A DNA stretch of 64,000 nucleotides, taken from NCBI GenBank assembly GCA_018302765.1, contig JAGVZG010000001.1:1-64000 (forward strand), in the 5' to 3' direction. Made by a program: the position numbers and the translations under genes. The notes beneath the pieces are model-generated. The model made no database searches. It saw only the letters and a list, made by a program, of their open reading frames with translations, and was not told the origin of the DNA. Below, in pieces: positions 58,524 to 64,000 of the stretch. The stretch comes from Candidatus Woesearchaeota archaeon. Its GTDB lineage: Archaea > Nanobdellota > Nanobdellia > SCGC-AAA011-G17 > GW2011-AR18. Every line of letters begins with the position of its first letter. Positions within the stretch are counted from its first letter, which is position 1.

Positions 58524-58844
58524 ATGGGACTTGTAAAAAGAGTTTTTGATGATGTTGATTTTGAACGTTTTTGTTTATTAGCAAGAAATTTACCACAAGC
58601 ATTTTATATTGTACCAGAATTGGATCCAAGTCGCCCCCCTATCAAGCCAAGTAATGTTTATGAGATAAGACGTGGCAAATCAGAGGCATATACTGCAAGG
58701 TTTCCTGAAAGACGAGCAGAGTCTTCATTTTCAGTTATGGAATACATTCCTTCTGAGAAGAAATTAGTAGTTGAGTTTGATAACGATAAACTCGATAAAG
58801 GTCCAGTTCAAAGTATACTTAAACCAATTAGTTTAAAATTATGA
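58524..58844 (+). CDS. Hypothetical protein
   Basis: 106-aa ATG ORF with TTTATAAA upstream. Confidence 0.6.
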   Translation: MGLVKRVFDDVDFERFCLLARNLPQAFYIVPELDPSRPPIKPSNVYEIRRGKSEAYTARFPERRAESSFSVMEYIPSEKKLVVEFDNDKLDKGPVQSILKPISLKL

Positions 58845-58971
58845 ATAAATATATTTAAATTTAATTTGGTGATTAGAATTCTGAAACTTTTTTTCTGTTA
58901 CTACCGGATGATTACTAATAAATGGAAAGGTTTATAAAGATTGAAAGTTTGTTTTTCTATAGATTTTGAAA

Positions 58972-60795
58972 ATGGAATACACTCAATACCAACCGCAGGA
59001 TTTTAAACTTCCTGAGTTGCCAAAAGAGGCTAAGGAAAAGCTTGAGGCTATGAAATCAAAGCTAGATAAGTTTTCTAAAGCAGTTACCAAGGAAAATAAA
59101 GATATAATGGGTATTGCTTTGTTGCCTCCTTCCAGAATAAGCCCTGAAGAGAAATTATCGAATGAAGAAGTTGAAAAGCTAAAAAAAAGAATTAATGTTT
59201 TGATTGTTATAGACGTTGAGACTAAGAAAGACTGGTCTGCAATAAGAGAAGGTATTATTTCTAGAGTTATTAAAAAGGCGAATGAAGTTGATGAGAATAT
59301 TTTTGTTACTGTAATGGATATTGCTGAAATAAGAGAAAACTGCTTTGATGCCAAGTATGAAATTTTAGAAATGATTGCAGCTGGAGCTGCTTTGTACGAC
59401 CCTAAAGATTTCTTGGGCGCACTTAAAATTTCTGAAGTTCATAAAAACATGACTCTAAAGAAATTTGACAAATATATTGTAAGCTATGTTGCTGTTGGTA
59501 GTTTGTTTAGAGGAGACGCCACTAGCAATGACATTGATGTTGCTGTTGTAATAGACGACACAGACGTTAAGAAGATGACTAGAATTGAGCTTAAGGATAG
59601 ATTAATGGCTATAATTAGAGGAATGGGCTATGATGCAAGCCAAATTACAGGTGTGAAAAAGGCATTTCATATTCAAACTTATATTTTAACTGATTTCTGG
59701 GATGCAATTAAGGATGCTAATCCTGTTATCTATACTTTTTTGAGAGATGGCGTTCCAATTTATGATAGAGGTGTGTTTATGCCTTGGAAATTACTGCTTA
59801 AGATGGGTAGAATTAGGCCAAGCCCAGAAGCAATTGATTTTCAAATGGACATGGGAGAAAAGTTGATTCAGAGAACTAAGGGAAAAATGATTGGGATTAT
59901 GGGTGATGATTTGTATTACGCAATACTAAATCCGGCTCAGGCAGCTTTAATGTTATATGGAATAGCTCCTCCTACTCCAAAAGAAACTATAGAACTAATG
60001 GAAGAGATTTTTGTAAAGAAAGAGAAATTGCTAGAGAAGAAATATGTTGATATTTTATCTAAGATAAGAAAGTATTACAAAGATATTGAGCATGGAAATA
60101 TTAAGGAAGTTAAAGGTAAAGATATTGATGAATTATTAACTGACGCTGAGGATTATATTAAGAGAATAAATAAATTATTTGAGCAGATACAAAGTAGAAG
60201 AGACAAGGAAAGTATTGATGAAATGTATAATAGCTGCATGAATGTTGTTGAGGATGCTTTGAAAGCAAATAATGTCAAGGTTGAGAAACAGTCTAATTTA
60301 GTTAGCTTGTTTAAGAGGCACTTAATTGATGAAAAGAAAATATTTTCAGAGCAATTTTTAGAAACTTTGAAGACAGTAATAGATACAAAGAACAGTGCTA
60401 AGAGCAAGAAGCTTTCTTGGCCTGAGTTGGAAAAAATTAGAAGGGAATCTAGAGGCTTTATTAGGGGCGTTGTTGAGTATGTGCAAAGGAAAAGAGGCTA
60501 TGAACTAGAGAGAGCTAAAATCAGATTTAAGTACGGAGACAAATTTGGAGAGGCTTTATTGTTAGATAAAGTTGCTTACATTGTCAATGATATTGATGCC
60601 CAAGATAAAGAGGTAAGCAGGGCAGTAATAAAAGATGATGGTGGTTTAGGGAGTTTAGAAAAAAGTAACTTAGAAGAACTTGAGAAGGAAATTATGAAAG
60701 TAAAAATACCTACTAAAGTTTTTATCAAAGAGAAAATATTTGAGAGCCTTAGAAACCTATTTGGAAAAGACATAGAAATACTTGTTAATTATTAA
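58972..60795 (+). CDS. Tandem nucleotidyltransferase-domain plus HEPN-like protein
   Basis: Degenerate first NTase, intact VGSLFRG..DIDVAVVIDD, then GRIRPSPEAI; paralog of 56726-57568. Confidence 0.85.
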   Translation: MEYTQYQPQDFKLPELPKEAKEKLEAMKSKLDKFSKAVTKENKDIMGIALLPPSRISPEEKLSNEEVEKLKKRINVLIVIDVETKKDWSAIREGIISRVIKKANEVDENIFVTVMDIAEIRENCFDAKYEILEMIAAGAALYDPKDFLGALKISEVHKNMTLKKFDKYIVSYVAVGSLFRGDATSNDIDVAVVIDDTDVKKMTRIELKDRLMAIIRGMGYDASQITGVKKAFHIQTYILTDFWDAIKDANPVIYTFLRDGVPIYDRGVFMPWKLLLKMGRIRPSPEAIDFQMDMGEKLIQRTKGKMIGIMGDDLYYAILNPAQAALMLYGIAPPTPKETIELMEEIFVKKEKLLEKKYVDILSKIRKYYKDIEHGNIKEVKGKDIDELLTDAEDYIKRINKLFEQIQSRRDKESIDEMYNSCMNVVEDALKANNVKVEKQSNLVSLFKRHLIDEKKIFSEQFLETLKTVIDTKNSAKSKKLSWPELEKIRRESRGFIRGVVEYVQRKRGYELERAKIRFKYGDKFGEALLLDKVAYIVNDIDAQDKEVSRAVIKDDGGLGSLEKSNLEELEKEIMKVKIPTKVFIKEKIFESLRNLFGKDIEILVNY

Positions 60796-60799
60796 TACA

Positions 60800-61179
60800 A
60801 TGAAAATTTATGAACCAACAATTGATATTTCTGATTTAAGACCGTCAGTTAAGTCTTGCGTAGATATATAACTTGTAAAGAAAGAGCACGATTAGATAGA
60901 CTGGTTTTTGTACCTAAGTTAAGAAGAAAAGATACTGAAAATTTCGGAATAAACCATGGTAGTCCCATGTTTACTATTAGGGGTTTTCAATGTAGTTCTG
61001 AAGTTTATGAAATAAATCTTGATGATAAGTTATTAATTCAACATCGAGGTGGTTCTTTACTTTATGATTGCGATAAAGTTCCTGCTAAATGTGTTTATAT
61101 ATTTGAAAGAACAATAAATGAAGTTGTTGAAGAATTTATTATGGCAGACTATAGAGTTATTAAGGACTGGGGCTTGTAG
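60800..61179 (+). pseudogene. Frameshifted hypothetical gene
   Basis: ATG 60800 gives MKIYEPTIDISDLRPSVKS; one added base at TCTTG (~60855) would join ORF 60856-61179. Confidence 0.4.
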
Positions 61180-61235
61180 TCTTATATTTAAGGGGGAATT
61201 TTTGGTTAGAACCAACACTTTCAGAGATATTAACT

Positions 61236-61502
61236 TTGAGAAAGTACATTGAAGAGAACTTATCGATGGCAGGCAAGCAGTTAGGATTTTCTTCAGCAAC
61301 AGTACATGAGCCTGTTGCAAGACTTTTTAATGATTATTATGGAATTGATTTTTATAGCTTGTATAAAAGAAGTGGGAAAAATGGAAGGCCTGTTGTTCAT
61401 TGCATTGGTGTACTTTTTTCAGGAGATGATTTTAGTATTGAATTTTCTGAAGAATTAAAATTATACCTTAAGAATATTCAAAGTGAATATCATTTTCCAT
61501 AG
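61236..61502 (+). CDS. Hypothetical protein (start uncertain; frame open from ~61164)
   Basis: Open frame without an ATG at its 5' end. Confidence 0.45.
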   Translation: MRKYIEENLSMAGKQLGFSSATVHEPVARLFNDYYGIDFYSLYKRSGKNGRPVVHCIGVLFSGDDFSIEFSEELKLYLKNIQSEYHFP

Positions 61503-62796
61503 ATCTTACAATTTTATTTTTAATTTCTTCTAATTTTTCATCTGTGTCAGCTTCAATAACTATTCTCAATACATTTTCTGTATTGCTTTTTCTTATATTC
61601 AGCCAATAATCTTTATGATATATTGAGGCGCCGTCTATTTTTAGAACTTTCTCTGCATCTTTAATGAATAATTCTGATATTTTTGACATTGCTTTATCTT
61701 TTTCTTTTACTTCTAAGTTTATTAATGTACTTGGGTATTTTTTTATTGATTCTATAATTTTTGATATTTTTTGCTTTTTTTTATTCATTAGTTCTATTAA
61801 TTTTATTGTAGCATATACACCAGAGTCCATGTAAAAATTATATTTAAAAAAATAATGGCCTGATCTTTCCACTCCAAAGACTGCGTTATTATTCCTCATT
61901 GTTCTGCCTACATAAGTGTGACCTACTTTGGAAATAATTGTTTTTACTTTTAGTTTACTTGCTGTTTCTATGAATGACCTGCTTATAGTTAGATCATGAA
62001 CAACTTTTGAACCTGATTTTACTGTATCTATTAAGATTAATGAGCCAACTATTGAAGAACGTATCGTGTTACTTTTTTCGTCTACGAAGCTAACCCTGTC
62101 TGCATCACCATCAAAAGCAACTCCAAGGTCTGCTTTTTGTTTCATAACTTCTTGTTTTAATCTTACTAAGTTTTCTTCTTTGGAAGAATCTGTTCCCCTA
62201 TTAGGAAATGTACCATCAATCTTGAAGAATAATGGTTTTACTTTTGCTACTTTTGAAATTATTTTTCCATCTATTGCACCCATCATGTTTCCTGCATCAA
62301 CCACAATCTTTAGTTTTGTATTTCTACTTTTTTTGAGAACGAATTTTGTGTAGTCATTTAGTATATGCTTTTTTATTATTTTTCCTTTTTTCGTTTGCTT
62401 GAAGTTATTTTTTTGAATTAATTTTTCTATTTTATTCAGGCCTGCTTCATACGATATAGGAATAGCCTTTTCTTTGCAGAATTTCAGACCATTGAATTCT
62501 TTTGGAAGGTGAGATGCAGTAATCATTATTCCTGAGTTATTTTTGTAGTATGCTATTCCAAAATAAAACATTGGAGTTGTGCATAGTCCAATATCAATTA
62601 CTGTTACACCTTGATCTATCAATCCTTTTATTACTGCTTTATGTAATACTGGTGAGCTCAATCTAGCATCTCTTCCTACAACAACTGTTTTTGATTTAAA
62701 TATGACTGCAAAAGATCTTGATATTTTGTATGCTATTTTTTCATTTAATTCTTCTGGAAACTTCCCTCTTATGTCATAGGCATGAAATATTGACAT
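61468..62796 (-). CDS. Phosphomannomutase/phosphoglucomutase
   Basis: FHAYDIRG, ITASHLP, FDGDADR, GVERSGH. Confidence 0.96.
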   Translation of the reverse strand: MSIFHAYDIRGKFPEELNEKIAYKISRSFAVIFKSKTVVVGRDARLSSPVLHKAVIKGLIDQGVTVIDIGLCTTPMFYFGIAYYKNNSGIMITASHLPKEFNGLKFCKEKAIPISYEAGLNKIEKLIQKNNFKQTKKGKIIKKHILNDYTKFVLKKSRNTKLKIVVDAGNMMGAIDGKIISKVAKVKPLFFKIDGTFPNRGTDSSKEENLVRLKQEVMKQKADLGVAFDGDADRVSFVDEKSNTIRSSIVGSLILIDTVKSGSKVVHDLTISRSFIETASKLKVKTIISKVGHTYVGRTMRNNNAVFGVERSGHYFFKYNFYMDSGVYATIKLIELMNKKKQKISKIIESIKKYPSTLINLEVKEKDKAMSKISELFIKDAEKVLKIDGASIYHKDYWLNIRKSNTENVLRIVIEADTDEKLEEIKNKIVRSMENDIHFEYS

Positions 62797-62799
62797 TTT

Positions 62800-63738
62800 T
62801 CAGTTTTCTCCACGATAGAATTTTGCTGCATTTTCAGGTGGCATAGGATTTATTATTGTTCCTGAGTATTCAAATCCAGCCCACGTTGTTAATCTTGGTA
62901 TAAATTCTATATGAAAATGCAAACCATCTTCTTTTATAGGACTATAGTGAATCATAAAATTGTATGGTGTGTTTAATTCTTTAAGTTTTATTAGAATTTG
63001 GTTCATAATTGATGACAGATCGTTTAATTCACATTCTTCCAATCTTGTTATATGCCTTTTTGAGAAAATCCAGATTTCAAATGGAAACCTTGATGCGTAA
63101 GGCGTAAACGCTATAAAATTTTTATTTTCATAGCATCTTCTGTATGAGTCTTTTTCTTTTTGTATGATAGTGCAATAAACGCAGTTTGAATGGTTTTTTG
63201 AATTTTTTACTTCGCTTTCTACTATATGCGGTATTTTGTTGTAGGCAATTATCTGCGAGTGGGAATGTAGGATTGATGTTCCTGCAGCTTCATCATGATT
63301 TTTGAATATTTGAACGTAATTTATTCCTGGAATTCTTGAAAGTTCTTCTATTCTTTTTATATAGACATTCAAAATGTTCTTTATATTTTCTGGATCCAAA
63401 TCCCATAGCTGTTTTTTATGATCTGCTGTTTCTACCACTATTTCATGTGAGCCATAAGCATCTGAAAATGTATAAAATTCATTATGTGTTTTTATTGTGT
63501 AATCTCCTTCTTGTTTTACTGCCGGATATTTGTTTTTTATAACTCTTATTTCCCATTTTCCTTTTTCTGGAAAGCGCATTATTTCTTCAGGAGTCAGGTT
63601 TTCATTTTCAGGGCAGAAATAACAAACGCCTTCTTTTTTCTTTACTTTTTCTTTTTTAAATTCATGCGGTCTTTTAGCTCTTTCTGATGCTATTATGACC
63701 CATCTGTCCAATATGTAGTCTTTTCTTAGCTCAGGCAT
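62800..63738 (-). CDS. galT: Galactose-1-phosphate uridylyltransferase (HIT family)
   Basis: MPELRKD..WVIIASERAKRP, CYFCPENE, HSHSQI. Confidence 0.93.
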   Translation of the reverse strand: MPELRKDYILDRWVIIASERAKRPHEFKKEKVKKKEGVCYFCPENENLTPEEIMRFPEKGKWEIRVIKNKYPAVKQEGDYTIKTHNEFYTFSDAYGSHEIVVETADHKKQLWDLDPENIKNILNVYIKRIEELSRIPGINYVQIFKNHDEAAGTSILHSHSQIIAYNKIPHIVESEVKNSKNHSNCVYCTIIQKEKDSYRRCYENKNFIAFTPYASRFPFEIWIFSKRHITRLEECELNDLSSIMNQILIKLKELNTPYNFMIHYSPIKEDGLHFHIEFIPRLTTWAGFEYSGTIINPMPPENAAKFYRGEN

Positions 63739-63747
63739 ATTACCTCT

Positions 63748-63999
63748 TTATTTTTTATCTTTAACTTTTTTATAACCTATCCATACCAATATTATAAGTT
63801 CTATCCCCAATATAACCGCTCTTAATGTCTTGCTTAAGTCACCAAACACCCTGAAAGTACCTTGTATTAATACAAGTATACCGCCAAACATAAAACCAGA
63901 GGCTATTGCATCAAGTATTTTAGGCAAGTATAATCCTGTTAGTATAGTTATTATGCCAATGATTGCTGAAATATAAAATATGTTCTTATTATATTTTGA
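63748..63999 (-). CDS. 3' part of a multi-TM membrane protein running off the window
   Basis: Manual translation ..IFYISAIIGIITILTG..GFMFGGILVLIQG..ILVWIGYKKVKDKK*. Confidence 0.8.
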   Translation of the reverse strand, partial: SKYNKNIFYISAIIGIITILTGLYLPKILDAIASGFMFGGILVLIQGTFRVFGDLSKTLRAVILGIELIILVWIGYKKVKDKK

Positions 64000-64000
64000 A

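Noticed and set aside
1-64000. Alternative genetic code (TGA readthrough)
   Set aside because: TGA ends conserved genes at their expected C-termini (rpl21e, rps13, rps4) and core genes have no internal TGA
1-64000. CRISPR array, rRNA genes, reverse transcriptase/DGR, integrase or transposase
   Set aside because: I found by eye no regularly spaced repeats, rRNA signatures, YxDD RT motif or recombinase/DDE motifs; short repeats could have been missed

Overview
AT-rich chromosomal segment of a DPANN archaeon. A Woesearchaeota/Pacearchaeota-like (Nanobdellota) origin is inferred from gene content and style. The backbone is housekeeping: rpl21e-rpo4-DUF655, rps13-rps4-rps11, Sec61beta, ndk, alaS, thermosome, cysS, pepA, NAC, minD, the RNA polymerase operon (rpoH-B''-B'-A'-A''-rpl30e-nusA), sppA, dnaG, rpl35ae, rpl10e, ppsA, rpoD, PGM/PMM and galT. 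Non-coding genes not in the ORF track were read from the sequence: RNase P RNA (5966-6335, minus), SRP RNA (46810-47075) and three intron-containing tRNAs (Tyr-GUA with 2 introns, Asp-GUC with 1, Lys-UUU with 3). Many lineage-specific ORFans sit between core genes. The strongest candidate for an undescribed system is a tightly packed 9.2-kb five-gene minus-strand operon (35517-44711) converging on nusA. It encodes a 902-aa repeat/coiled-coil protein, an HTH plus sigma-region-2-like protein, a SNF2-type helicase fused to a non-R-M SAM methyltransferase, an unknown 364-aa protein and a catalytically degenerate AAG/MPG glycosylase-like protein. Also notable: two secreted peptidoglycan-active enzyme families (a frameshifted M15A peptidase and a 3D-domain protein), an ArmA/Rmt-like rRNA methyltransferase, a paralogous nucleotidyltransferase-HEPN-like pair and candidate structured RNAs. 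No CRISPR array, rRNA, integrase or transposase was seen. All family calls come from visual motif recognition; no searches were run.
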